Shown piece by piece: positions 1 through 16,251 of a stretch of DNA of 64,000 bases. Both the position numbers and the translations under genes were made by a program. The notes under the pieces were generated by a model that worked only from the letters and a program-made list of their open reading frames with translations, had not been told where the DNA came from and did not search any database. The DNA is from the human T2T-CHM13v2.0 reference genome, Homo sapiens. The stretch lies in the NCBI RefSeq assembly GCF_009914755.1, contig NC_060947.1, one strand, 5' to 3'. Positions within the stretch are counted from its first letter, which is position 1. Each line of letters begins with the position of its first letter.

Positions 1-462
1 CCCAACATGTGATACCCCTGCAACAGCTAAACAGGGAAGATTTTCCTGGTACTTCCCCTCCAGAAAAAGGTATATTTGGGGTAGTAATTAATAGAGACAC
101 ATGAGAACGCTCTCCGGTCATTCCCTGACTGCAAGATAGAGTATACAAGGAAAAGAATACAGTCATGATTCTGGAAGATAAAGAAGCTCTTCTTGCAGAA
201 AAAAAAGGAGGAAACTCAGTTTAGAAGGATTTAGAACACCAAGGTGTCACTGCTAAATTCTGTACAGACTGTGATAACAAATCCATTTGAAGTGAAAAAG
301 AGTGCCTTCATTTTTGCTGTTGATTTGTTAGGTTTTGTTCTCTCTGCTTTAAGAGAGCATATAAATTTATTTTTTCTTTAAAATGAAGTTTTTAAAATAT
401 TACATTGAGGAGAATAAAAATATTTATATACAAGGATTTCATAAAAGCAAATATTAAGATAC

Positions 463-469
<7 letters not shown>

Positions 470-505
<36 letters not shown>
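470..505. repeat. (TA)n microsatellite
   Basis: Uninterrupted tatata run; explains the YIYIYI ORF at 378..575. Confidence 0.95.
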
Positions 506-508
<3 letters not shown>

Positions 509-2715
509 AAATCATCTCTATAGTGGGACAAATGAACATATCCATCACCATGTCGTATACCTTAAATATGCACAAAATTTATTTTAAAATTAATATACTG
601 AATGTAAAAAATAAAATAAGATTTCAACTGGAAAAAAAGCAAGAATTAAACGTGATAATGCATATTAGGCATGTAAACATGCCTAAACATTAGGCTAAAT
701 GTTCCAGAAATTAGACTTGTTAATATTATCATCTTTATTGTTGTTATGATTTCTACATCTGGAGCAATCTAATATGAGCTTCCTTTCTTTTAGCACATAA
801 CAGGAGGACTGTTATGTGCTTATGTGTTATGTCCCCTTAGAAAAGGGGACACCCGTACCTTGAACTTTACCCTCAAGGCTGTGTTTGTGCTCTCAAATTA
901 TGGCACACTCAACAGCAAATGTTTTACCCAGATACAATTTTGATGCCATTTGTCTTCATTCCTTATATATTTTGTATGTGAGTTCTTCAATCCATGCTGT
1001 TTTCATCCATTTTTTTAAACATTGGCATTGGGCAAACTTTGCTGAGTTTTGTTAGTGAGTTGCAAAGATTGGCAGAGGTTGTACGTTACTTTCCATTCAA
1101 AGGCACGTTCTGCTAACAAGATTATGAATTAGAAACCTGAACTCTACCATAAGATGATTCACCATGGTTTAGGCCAAGCCACTTTTTCTTTTACCTCTGG
1201 GACCTATTTAATAGGCCATTAGCTTTGAAAACCGTCAAAATCCAGGAAGTACCCTAAGTATAAACAGATCCTACATAAAGCTGGTGTTACCTTTCATATG
1301 ATTAGCTCCTGATAGCAATCTGGACAAGTATCATTCATTGAGTCTTGCTGGCATAACTAGCTATAAAAGTATCTATAGTGGGCTCAAATCATAGTAGCAT
1401 AGAAGAATATTTCTGCACTATTGACCGAACTAACTGGTGTGTCAGTTTTTAAGTTCAAGTTGATGGCTGGTCTATATTTAGTAAAAAAAAAAAAATAAAA
1501 ATATATAAATAATATATTTAAAAATGCCCTCATTGAGAAATGATAGAGGTGATTGAATGAATGATCAGCAAAAGCAAATGATAGTTGCCACATAAAATTA
1601 AAAGAGGCATCAGGATTCCAGGAGGGAAGTCAATTCAAATACAGCCATGAAATCAGTTAGTCCACCCATATGGCCTGTGACCCCACAATGTATAGTGTGC
1701 CTGGGAATCCATCCTGATGCACAGTGCTGCTCCTTCCAGTGGGGTCACTTGCAGCCCTTCCAGAAAAATGCTGATCTCACTGGGTCCTCAGAGGACAAAG
1801 GAGCAAAGGTGGACTTGACAATGGGTGAAGTTGATGAGCTTTCCAGATTTCAGTGATCAAGTCACAGGGAGTGCAAACATGTCATTATTCCCACTTGGAC
1901 GTTTTTACAACATAGTAAACACTCATGACTACAGCCCATCATGATCCCACTCTGAAATACTGAATTTGGATCTCCAGACTCAAATGATGAATGTTATCCA
2001 TGTTTCATAAAGTCATGCTACAATATGTTGTCAGGTGGTTAAGGCATTAAAAACAAAGTGAAATTTTAGCCGTTCTTAGTCCATAGCAGTTAATTTTACA
2101 GTTTTACTTCTTAGCTGTCAATACCTTTGCCATGGCACAAAATTAATTTATGATTAAAAAATTTATTAGAGAATAATTTTCAAGGAGGGGTGATTTTACA
2201 ACTTGGGGACAAAGAGCATTCAGCATCAACCAAGTATCCACAGAATAGGCCTAAGGTACTATATGCCAGCAATGCAGCATGCCTTTGCCCTTACCTTATG
2301 TAGCTTCTGTCCAGCTATTTCAGCTGATTTTGTTAAAGCCAACCGAGAACAGGTTTTGCCTTCACAAATATACACGTGAATAGATACAAATAATCTAAGT
2401 CTTGGCTTATCTTCTCCATAACTTGATACAAGCCCCCATGAGCCATTCATTCCAATGACAACAGTCTTACTGTCCTCTGTCCTTTCATTGTCCCATGCTT
2501 TTGCCTGTAAAGCTCTTGCCTCAGGCCCAGATTTACAAAAATGATGATCTAGTAGAAAAAAGTAGGTAAGGGTATTCCTACCCATTCTTCACAGGAACTG
2601 GGAAAAATAGGAACTCAATAAATAAATTATTGGCAACGTTTTCAAAAGAAAAAACGAATAATGAAATTTAACTCAGCTTACAAAACACAACTCTAATACT
2701 TCTGCAGGAATAGAG

Positions 2716-2760
2716 GTGATGATGGTAATGATGATGATGATGATGACTGATGATGGTGAC
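2716..2760. repeat. Imperfect (GAT)n repeat
   Basis: gtgatgatggtaatgatgatgatgatgatgactgatgatggtgac. Confidence 0.8.
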
Positions 2761-2764
2761 GAAG

Positions 2765-3003
2765 ACAGCTAAAACTTATACACAACTTGCTATGCATGAG
2801 GAATTATTCCAAGTACTTTGGAACTCACTTAACCCTTGCTTCAATCATATGAGGTGGGCAGTATGTGATCTCACTTGATATATGAGGAAACTGAGGAATA
2901 GAAAAGCATAGCACTTTGGCCAAAGTCACCCATCTAGTAAGTAGTGAAATTAACATTCAAACTGAGAGAGTTTGGTGCCAGAGTCCTTGCTCTTACCCAC
3001 CAT
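2765..3003 (-). mobile_element. MIR SINE
   Basis: Core motifs atgaggaaactgagg and ccaaagtcacccatctagtaagt match the reverse complement of the MIR core. Confidence 0.75.
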
Positions 3004-3335
3004 TCCAAACCATTATGCTTTCCTAGACCTCTCATAGCACCTCCACAAAATTTGGCTTAACTCCACACTGTTGGCACTTAACAGAAATTATTAAAATAGA
3101 AGGCATGGTATCTAAGTGCCCACTTCCACACCAAATGGTAAGATTCCTAAAGGCAAGGCCCATGTATTATTTGTCCCTGTATCATCTAGGGCCTACTACA
3201 ATATCCTGACCTATCATATACCCAGAATAAATTAAGTGAACTGATTTAAAATATTAGGCCAATCCATAAGAAACTGACATTGTTATAGGTCAAAATAGTT
3301 GATTGTCAGCAATTTATTTTCATTAAACTTAATAG

Positions 3336-3705
<370 letters not shown>

Positions 3706-4729
3706 TCTTCGTGTTCTTTGAATGATTTATTAATTTGCAGCACATTGATAATCAGGAAGAGAAAAATACCATTAGAAAGTTTACTCACCTACTACTGATA
3801 AGGCCAGGACAAGAAAAAGTTCATAGTTCTTGATTTCTTAATGCAAATATTTTATTCTTCATTTTCCTTTATGGTAGGTACATAATAATGACTTGGGGTG
3901 TCTACAACACCATTTTTAAAGGTCTCCAAATCGCAATGGACAGTGCGTCAAACATTTTATCAAGGTGATGTTTAAATTAACAAAGTCTCCATCCAATTCT
4001 TATCTCGTCTCTCATTTATTCATTTAATTCTGCAAGTAATTTTCAAGCATTTCTTGCAGACCAGGACTCGGGAGATACTAAAAAAATATAACCCAGTTCT
4101 CATTGGCGACTCTTAAGTGGTAATGATATATCACTCCACAAGATGGCACTAATTCTTCTTTGTATTCCTTTCCCATCGTGATAGAAGATCCTACGATTTT
4201 TCTGCTGTCACAGAATACATAGAAGCATGACTTCTGTTTTGCAATTTATGCAGCTGACTGCCCATATTAACATATTCCAGACACTTGAGTCCATTTGGCT
4301 TTCTCAGGGACTTTCAAATGTTACTTTGGGAGAGGGTGTATATTATAGCATGGAGATATGTTGTGATGTGAGGGAGTTGAAACCTTTTCCTATTGCCGGT
4401 CTCTACCCTGGAGGAGCACTCAGACTTCAAGAAAAGGAGGGCAGAAAGCTGCATACAACATAGCAAAATGTATGCTAAGGCTGGAGAAGCTCAGTGGGCC
4501 TTGGGCACTTGCCTAAAGCTTCCCAGGGAAATAGATGCTCCAACTGCATCTTGGAGTTCCTCATATGCAGCTTCCCCATCCCTACTATTTCTACCAAGAC
4601 TGATATTATGTATTTGTGCCCACTGTCACCTAGACCCTCTCTGACAAAAACATGGGATTGGCAAATTGTGACCTATGATTTTACTTCAAGAAAATATCCT
4701 AAGCCTGCAAAGAATACTTTTGAAAATCA

Positions 4730-5055
4730 TAGTAACACTGAATGTTATATACCAGGCAGTTTGCTGCACACATTGTAGAGCTTATCTTATTTAATATCTC
4801 GTAAGAACCTTACGAGATATTTTTGCCTACATAACAAACACTTATACCATATTAAATGCATTTTCAAATATTAACTCACTTCAATTAACCATCATAACGG
4901 TCCTATGAGGATATATGCTGTTTTAATTTCCATTTTGTGGGAAACTGAGGCACACAGGGATTTAAGTGATATGCCAAAGGCCTCACAACTGGTAAGAAGT
5001 GCAACTGGGGTTCATAACCAAAAATGTAAAACATCGAGTTTGGGCTCTTATGTTG
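4730..5055 (-). mobile_element. MIR SINE fragments
   Basis: gaaactgaggcacacagggatttaagtgatatgccaaaggcctcacaactggtaag core, plus an upstream partial copy. Confidence 0.7.
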
Positions 5056-5289
5056 CCTCTCTGTTTCACAGGAAAGTAAGTAGATTCATCGGCTAAGAAT
5101 GTCCTCAAATTCCTGCTACCAAACCTATAAACCTATCTGAATATGCATCTTCTTTCCTCTCTGTCCTTTGCTAATACTTATATCCTCATCTGTGTTCTGA
5201 GTTCTTTTCTCTAAGCACTTTTTGGGACCTCGCTCTGTTGACTCTCCTCTCCCTCTCTTTGCTTCCCATTTTAGGCCTTTAAACTACAA

Positions 5290-6477
5290 TCAGATGTCTG
5301 GTCCAGACAAGATGGTGTAGATGTATTTCTCCCTGCTCCTCTGCCCAAAGTATTAATACAAATATGAACCCTGGGAATAATGCAAGCAACAACTAGAGGA
5401 AAACTCTGTAAGGTGGTAAAAGGCTGGCTAACTGGTTTAGGATCCCAGTATTGGATAAATAGCACAGTAGCAGGGTGTCTTATGATCCTCCCCCTATCCA
5501 ACAGAACAAGGTGACACAGACCCAGCATTTCCTGATCCCTGACAGAACAGCAGATGGCAGCCCAGGTAGGCTTGCTTCTTTACTGGATCAAATGGTAATT
5601 CCTCTCACAATATCAGGTGAACCTGGGAATGGCAGCAAGGGGACATGATTGGGAGCCCTACTAATAATAAGTAGCCAGGGGAAGCACTCTCCTTCCCTGA
5701 CAGCCCAGGACTCTCTTCCCTTACTGTGAAACACCAGGCAGCCAGGCAGTACTGGCAATGGGTATCCTGCCCCAACAAGCAGACCTTGTCCAAAAAGGTT
5801 TTTTGTTTCTACGGACCTGACACTCTCTCCCATTTTGAGAGACATCAGGTATCCAGGAAACAGCAACCAGGGGATTTCTACCACAAGAGGGTGCCCTGTA
5901 CGTGAAGCATTTTTGTCCCAACAAAGGAGAAAAAAGGACCCAAGAATCCCTTCTTCTGCCAGAGGATGCTGGAGCAGGTGGGTGGAAATGATGGGAAAGG
6001 CCCAGCCACGACAAGTGGCCTACCAAGGAAGGTTCTTTATTTCTGTGGGCCTGGGAAAACCCTGTCTGCTCCCTCAGGCAGCACAAGCAAGGACCAGTGG
6101 GAGTTCCCAAGGCACCAGATAAACCATGCCGACCAAAATAGCACCGCGAAAGCTCTAAAAATATTAAACTGCCATTGTAGCCTCAACTCACAAAGTAGGC
6201 CAGAACCTTGACGCCAAATCTCAATGGAGTGACTTCTTGCTAAAAATACAAGATTTAGATAGGATCCATAGTCTCCCAATATATTAGCCAAAATGTCCAG
6301 GACACAAACAAAAATATCACCTGTCATACCAAGATCCAGGAAACGCAAAACATAAATGAAAAAAAAAAAGATACTCAGTTCATAATAACATTGAGATGAC
6401 TTAGATGTTAGCATTACCTGATTGATAAGGATTTTAAAGCAGCTATCATAAAAATGTTTAAACAGCAATAACTTATT
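5290..6477 (+). mobile_element. Ancient L1M (L1MC/MD/ME-type) 5' region / ORF1 start remnant
   Basis: Begins with caagatgg; ends with aaaatgtccagg...gataaggattttaaagcagctatcataaaaatg, typical of old L1M 5' ends. Boundaries approximate. Confidence 0.55.
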
Positions 6478-6486
6478 GAAAAGGTG

Positions 6487-6622
6487 GGGGTAGGAGCCAA
6501 GATGGCCGAATAGGAACAGCTCCGGTCTACAGCTCCCAGCCTGAGCGACGCAGAAGACAGGTGATTTCTGCATTTCCATCTGAGGTACCGGGTTCATCTC
6601 ACTAGGGAGTGCCAGACAGTGG
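6487..6622 (+). promoter_or_regulatory. Extra (outer) L1PA 5'UTR head, first ~136 nt with YY1 site
   Basis: ggggtaggagccaagatggccgaataggaacagctccgg...gccagacagtgg matches the start of a young L1. YY1 motif caagatggc intact. Confidence 0.93.
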
Positions 6623-6752
6623 TATTTCTCAAAAGAAAACATACAAATGGCACAGATATATGAAAAGGTGCTTAACATAATTATCAGAGAAATGCTAATC
6701 AACACTATAATGAGATATTACCACATCCCAGTTAAAATGGCTTACATCCAAA
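6623..6752 (+). mobile_element. Old L1MA-type ORF2 3' fragment acting as spacer between the two L1 heads
   Basis: atttctcaaaagaaaacatacaaatggc...atgagatatt...ccagttaaaatggcttacatccaaa is a diverged homolog of the L1 ORF2 'FSKEDI...[10 protein letters not shown]' region. Confidence 0.8.
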
Positions 6753-6955
6753 GTGGAGACAAGATGGCCGAATAGGAACAGCTCCGGTCTACAGCTCCCA
6801 GCATGAGGGAGGCAGAAGACAGGTGATTTCTGCACTTCCATCTGAGGTACCGGGTTCATCTCACTAGGGAGTGCCAGAAAGTGGGTGCAGGACAGTGGGT
6901 GCAGCACACCGTGCGCGAGCCGAAGCAGGGCGAGGTATTGCCTCCCTCAGGAAGC

Positions 6956-7201
6956 TCAAGGGGTCAGGGAGTTCCCTTTCCTAGTCAAAGAAAGGGGTGA
7001 CAGACCGCACCTGGAAAATCGGGTCTCTCCCACGCTAACACTGCGCTTTTCCGACAGGCTTAAAAAACGGCACACCGGGAGAATATATCCCGCACCTGGC
7101 TCGGAGGGTGCTAGGCCCACGGAGTCTCGCTGATTGCTAGCACAACACTCTGAGATCAAACAGCAAGGCGGCAGCCAGGCTGGGGGAGGGGCGCCCGCCA
7201 T
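6956..7201 (-). CDS. L1 antisense ORF0 (81 aa, open)
   Basis: MAGAPPPAWLPPCCLISECCASNQRDSVGLAPSEPGAGY... within track ORF 6956..7270 matches primate L1 ORF0. Confidence 0.7.
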   Translation of the reverse strand: MAGAPPPAWLPPCCLISECCASNQRDSVGLAPSEPGAGYILPVCRFLSLSEKRSVSVGETRFSRCGLSPLSLTRKGNSLTP

Positions 7202-7654
7202 TGCCCAGGCTTGATTAGGTAAACAAAGCAGCCCGGAAGCTCGAACTGGGTGGAGCCCACCACAGCTCAAGGAGGCCTGCCTGCCTCTGTAGGCTCCACC
7301 TCTGGGGGCAGGGCACAGACAAACAAAAAGACAGCAGTAACCTCTGCAGACTTAAATGTCCCTGTCTGACAGCTTTGAAGAGAGTAGTGGTTCTTCCAGC
7401 ACGAGCTGGAGATCTGAGAACAGGCAGACTGCCTCCTCAAGTGGGTCCCTGACTCCTGACCCCAGAGCAGCCTAACTGGGAGGCACCCCCAGCAGGGGCA
7501 CACTGACACCTCACACTGCAGGGTACTCCAACAGACCTGCAGCTGAGGTTCCTGTCTGTTAGAAGGAAAACTAACAAACAGAAAGGACATCCACACCAAA
7601 AACCCATCTGTACATCACCATCATCAAAGACCAAAAGTAGATAAAACCACAAAG

Positions 7655-8706
7655 ATGGGGAAAAAACAGAACAGAAAAACTGGAAACTCTAAAAAGCAGA
7701 GCGCCTCTCCTCCTCCAAAGGAACCCAGCTCCTCACCAGCAACGAAACAAAGCTGGACGGAGAATGACTTTGACGAGCTGAGAGAAGAAGGCTTCAGATG
7801 ATCAAACTACTCTGAGCTACGGAGGATATTCAAACCAAAGGCAAAGAAGTTGAAAACTTTGAAAAAAATTTAGAAGAATGTATAACTAGAATAACCAATA
7901 CAGAGAAGTGCTGAAAGGAGCTGATGGAGCTGAAAACCAAGGCTCGAGAACTACGTGAAGAATGCAGAAGCCTCAGGAGCCGATGCGATCAACTGGAAGA
8001 AAGGGTATCAGCAATGGAAGATGAAATGAATGAAATGAAGCGAGAAGGGAAGTTTAGAGAAAAAAGAATAAAAAGAAACAAACAAAGCCTCCAAGAAATA
8101 TGGGACTATGAGAAAAGACCAAATCTACGTCTGATTGGTATACCTGAAAGTGATGGGGAGAATGGAACCAAGTTGGAAAACACTCTGCAGGATATTATCC
8201 AGGAGAACTTCCCCAATCTAGCAAGGCAGGCCAACGTTCAGATTCAGGAAATACAGAGAACGCCACAAAGATACTCCCCGAGAAGAGCAACTCCAAGATA
8301 CATAATTGTCAGATTCACCAAAGTTGAAATGAAGGAAAAAATGTTAAGGGCAACCAGAGAGAAAGGTCGGGTTACCCTCAAAGGGAAGCCCATCAGACTA
8401 ACAGCGGATCTCTCGGCAGAAACCCTACAAGCCAGAAGAGAGTGGGGGCCAATATTCAACATTCTTAAAGAAAAGAATTTTCAACCCAGAATTTCATATC
8501 CAGCCAAACTAAGCTTCATAAGTGAAGGAGAAATAAAATACTTCACAGACAAGCAAATGCTGAGAGATTTTGTCACCACCAGGCCTTCCCTAAAAGAGCT
8601 CCTGAAGGAAGCACTAAACATGGAAAGGAACAACTGGTACCAGCCGCCGCAAAATCATGCCAAAATGAAACGACCATCGAGACTAGGAAGAAACTGCATC
8701 AACTAA
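7655..8706 (+). pseudogene. L1 ORF1p, disrupted
   Basis: ATG GGG AAA AAA CAG at 7655; premature TGA at ~7799; frameshift and further stop before 7920. Track ORF 7924..8706 is the ORF1 C-terminal part, with the normal stop lost. Confidence 0.92.
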
Positions 8707-8733
8707 CGAGCAAAATAACCAGCTAACATCATA

Positions 8734-12557
<3,824 letters not shown>

Positions 12558-12809
12558 ACAATGAGATCACATGGACACAGGAAGAGGAACATCACACTCT
12601 GGGGACTGTTGTGGGGTGGGGGGAGGGGGGAGGGATAGCACTGGGAGATATACCTAATGCTAGATGACGAGTTAGTGGGTGCAGCGCACCAGCATGGCAC
12701 ATGTATACGTATGTAACTAACCTGCACAATGTGCACATGTACCCTAAAACTTAAAGTATAATAATAAAAAAAAAATTAAAAAAAAAAAAAAAGAAAAGGT
12801 GTCCTGAGT

Positions 12810-14700
12810 TCTCTTGTGTCAGTTTCCTCATTGCCCACTCAATCTTTAATCCACTACAATGAATCCTACCATTCCATTGAAATGGCTCATGTTAAGGTCA
12901 ACAATGATCTTCTTGTCATTATGTCTAATGTTTACCTTTCTATCCCTATTTTACTTGATATCTTGACTAGTTACCTGCTCTTTCCTTTTGGAAATACTTT
13001 CCACCTCCTATCTCATTGGCCAATCTTAATCTCATTTTTGGGCCCTTATTTCTCTATTAGCCTACTTCTTTTCCTTCCAGTTCATATGCCAGAGTAATCT
13101 CATTCTATTAATTCTCTAATTTTAGCAAGACCTGCAAGGTACTGACCTCACCACCTTCTCACAGTTCGTCATCTACCTCATGTATTCAAGTCTCTCTATC
13201 CAGACCTTATATTTGATAATCCATTATATTCACCATTTTCCAAATATTAACTCCCTAATTTCTCTTTCCCTCCATCACACACATCTGCCTTGCAAAGCCC
13301 CAACTCTAGTTAACTCTACTCTCTTCCTACTTCACTGCTGTATTTTAGCAGGTGAGTGTTGCTTGAGAAAAGCACACAGCAGTGTTAACAAGTTTCACTT
13401 TAAAATCATGGTTGGACATTTCAAATGAGCCCTCTGTGTTGCCTGAACAGTCTACTACACTTCCCTTTAATGTTCACACTTCCATTCTCCAACACAATGA
13501 TGTTACAGTGTTTTTTCTATTCTCAAACCTACATGTACATCCAACATCCAGACCTTCAGTCACATATGATGACCTTTACTCAATTGACCAGGAGGAGCAC
13601 TGTAGTGAAATGTCCTTACTTCGCTCCATGGCTAACTCCTCCAACTGTGCTCAGTATCCATCTCAACCCATCTAGCCTTCTCAAGGGCTTTCCTCTCTTT
13701 CTTGCATCTTAAGTTTTTCCCTCTTTACAGGATTGCCCACATCAGCAGATAGGCATACCCTATTTATCAAATATCTTAACTCACCTCTGCATTCCAGCTA
13801 CCTCTCCATGTCTCTGTCCCCTTTCACAACCAAATCTCTTTCATAAGTAGTCTACCATCACTATTTTCAACCCTAAATTCTTTTTCTCCCCTTGACTCAC
13901 TCTAATGTAGCTTTTCCTTCTCCACCACTATATAGACATCACTGTTATCAAAGTTATCAACAACCTTCAGGTAATCAAAGTCAGTGATCTCTGCTCTTCA
14001 TTTACTTGAGCTCCCAGCAGGATTTGACACAGCCAACTAGCCAATCTTTTAAAAAAATCTGTTCTTCTCTGGGCTTCCAGGACATTTTATTCTCATAGTT
14101 CTATTTCTATGCCACTGGTCTTTGCTTCTAAATATTTTTTACAGCTCCTTTTCTTCTCACTCTAAATGACCTCGGCCTCATTCAGTCCTACAGATTTAAA
14201 CACTATGTATGTGTTGATGACTCCCAAGTTTATATTTCTACTCATGTCCAACTGACTACTTGACATCTCTACTTGAATGTCTCATAGGGACCTCAAACCT
14301 AGGATTCCAGATGCAAACTCATGATTCTTACCCACAAATCATCTCTCCCAGCAATTTCTAGTTGCTCACATAAGAAAGCTAGGATTGATTCCACTCATTT
14401 TCAAACATCATGTTCAATTCTTTCTAAGTCCTTCTGACTTTGCTTTCAAATATACATACCAATTCTGTCTACTTTTGTCAGTCGCTACTATTACCATCTT
14501 AATCTGATCCACTATACCCATTTGTTCTAAAGCAATTGCTTCAGATGTTTTCTTTCTTAGCTTCGTTAACTTTGTAGCATCCATTCTTCACTCAGAACCA
14601 GAGTAATCTATTTAAAAAAATAAATCAAAGCATTCACTCCTTTTCTTAAGATCTTCTAGGAACTACCCAACAGACATAATAAAATCCAAACTCCTTTTTC
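12810..14700 (+). mobile_element. L2 LINE remnants
   Basis: Pyrimidine-rich with L2 motifs (ccattgaaatggctcatgttaaggtcaacaatgatct; cttgacatctctacttgaatgtctcatagg; ataaaatccaaactcct). Boundaries approximate. Confidence 0.65.
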
Positions 14701-15980
14701 TGCCTATTTTTCCAACTAGTCCTGTAGGAAAAGCCACAGAGGGATTTCCATCTTCACTCCCCAGAAAAAAAAAATTGGGCCAAGGTGGGATGGAACTAAA
14801 GTATAAATACCCACTCTGTATCTGCACCTGAAGAGGAGGAAGCTGCTTTACTGGCAGGAAATCAAAAGACCATGGCAGCTCTTTTCCAAGTAAGGATGAC
14901 TCAGTCTGCCACCTCCAGAGCCTTCCTTGGGGGACTACTTTCCAAATTTCTCTAATATAAAGCCCCTGCTTCAAGCATGCTTATTTCTTCAAGGTGTCAC
15001 AGTGAGTCAGACAACTTGTTGCCTCTCAGAGTTTGTCAGAATTCCCCCACCCATCTCTTTACTTCACCTCCTACTGTATCCTCACTTAGCCAAATCCAAT
15101 GATCATTCACCAGCAAGGCCAGAGGGCAGCAATGACCCAAGGAAAGGCAACAGAAACTTTTTGGCCTCTCGACTTCAGGTCCCATGTAGATCTGCTAATA
15201 ACTAGTGTGTGATGCTGGGCAAGGCACATAACCTTTCTGTGCCTTCATAGTGTTAAAGTGGTCCCTATTAACACCACAATTCCATCATTAGTTTCTACTT
15301 TTCAGGTCACAACATATCACCAGTTCTATTAGCACCAAGTCAAGGAGAGGAAATGCAATAGGTCATTTTGGAAAAACTGTAACTGGGCATTTTCCCTTCT
15401 TTTTGGGAAATCCTACATAGTGAAGCAACGCTTTAATCTTTCCCTTGTGAAACAGAGAAATCTTAAGCTCCTGGACCAAATTGTCACTATCTGCTCACTT
15501 ACTAGTTTACAATTTGCAACAGTTTTAGACTAATTTCTTTAAAGTGGAGGGTTTTGTTTGACTTTTCAAAGCAGAATATTCTTCCTCATTATCTGCACTG
15601 TGAAAATGTTTTAAAAGAAATTAAATGAGGAACGATTAATTGATATTTGAATTAGCCCTTAATCAGCCAGATGGGGCTGTGGAAGCATCAGGGAAGTATT
15701 GGCTTTGGCAGCCCAGATTTTGCTGCACAGAGAAAGAGTGCTGCTCCCCATAACAGACACTGGATGTCTTAGTCATTTGGGGCAGCTATAACAAATTACC
15801 AGAGGCTGGATGGCTTAAAAACAAGCATTTATTTCTCATAGTTCTTGAGGCTAGAAATTCAAGATCAGGATGCCAGCATAGTTGGGTTCTGGTGAGAGTA
15901 GTCTTCTGCATTGCAAAGAGCCAACTTCCCTTTGTCTCTTCACATGGCAGAAAGACAGCCAGTTAGTTCTCTGGCTTCTT

Positions 15981-16251
15981 TTTGTTTATTTGTTTGTTTG
16001 TTTATTTTGCTCTAAGTTCCCAGATACATGTACAGAATGTGCAGGTTTGTTACATGGGTATACATGTGCCATGGTGGTTTGCTGCACCTATCAACCTGTC
16101 ATCTAGGTTTTAAGTCCTGCATGCATTAGGTATTTGTCCTAATGCTCTCCCTCCCTTTGCCCCCCACCCCCCAACAGGCCCTGGTGTGTGTTGTTCCCCT
16201 CCCTGTGTCCATGTGTTCTCATTGTTCAACTCCCACTTATGAGTGAGAACA
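15981..16251 (-). mobile_element. 5'-truncated L1PA8-type 3' end inserted in the left LTR
   Basis: T-rich tail followed by the reverse complement of the L1 3'UTR (gcaggtttgttacatgggtatacatgtgccatgg...cacttatgagtgagaaca). Confidence 0.9.

Noticed and set aside
1647-1960. GC-richer unique stretch with a 69-aa ORF
   Set aside because: No recognisable homology and no convincing pair of splice sites.
6615-6632. Splicing as the origin of the outer-head/spacer junction
   Set aside because: The head runs past the known L1 5'UTR donor (ctgag|gtacc), and the junction does not fit GT-AG boundaries convincingly.
6661-6670. tgaaaaggtg inside the spacer, identical to the left TSD region
   Set aside because: It matches the ordinary L1MA sequence (atatgaaaaggtgctcaac) and lies ~80 bp from the inner head, so it cannot be that element's TSD. 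Probably coincidence.
6037-6705. 222-aa minus-strand ORF
   Set aside because: It is an antisense read through three different L1 pieces with no recognisable domain.
12601-12646. G-quadruplex-like G-tract
   Set aside because: Standard feature of the L1PA 3'UTR, also present at ~39874-39908.
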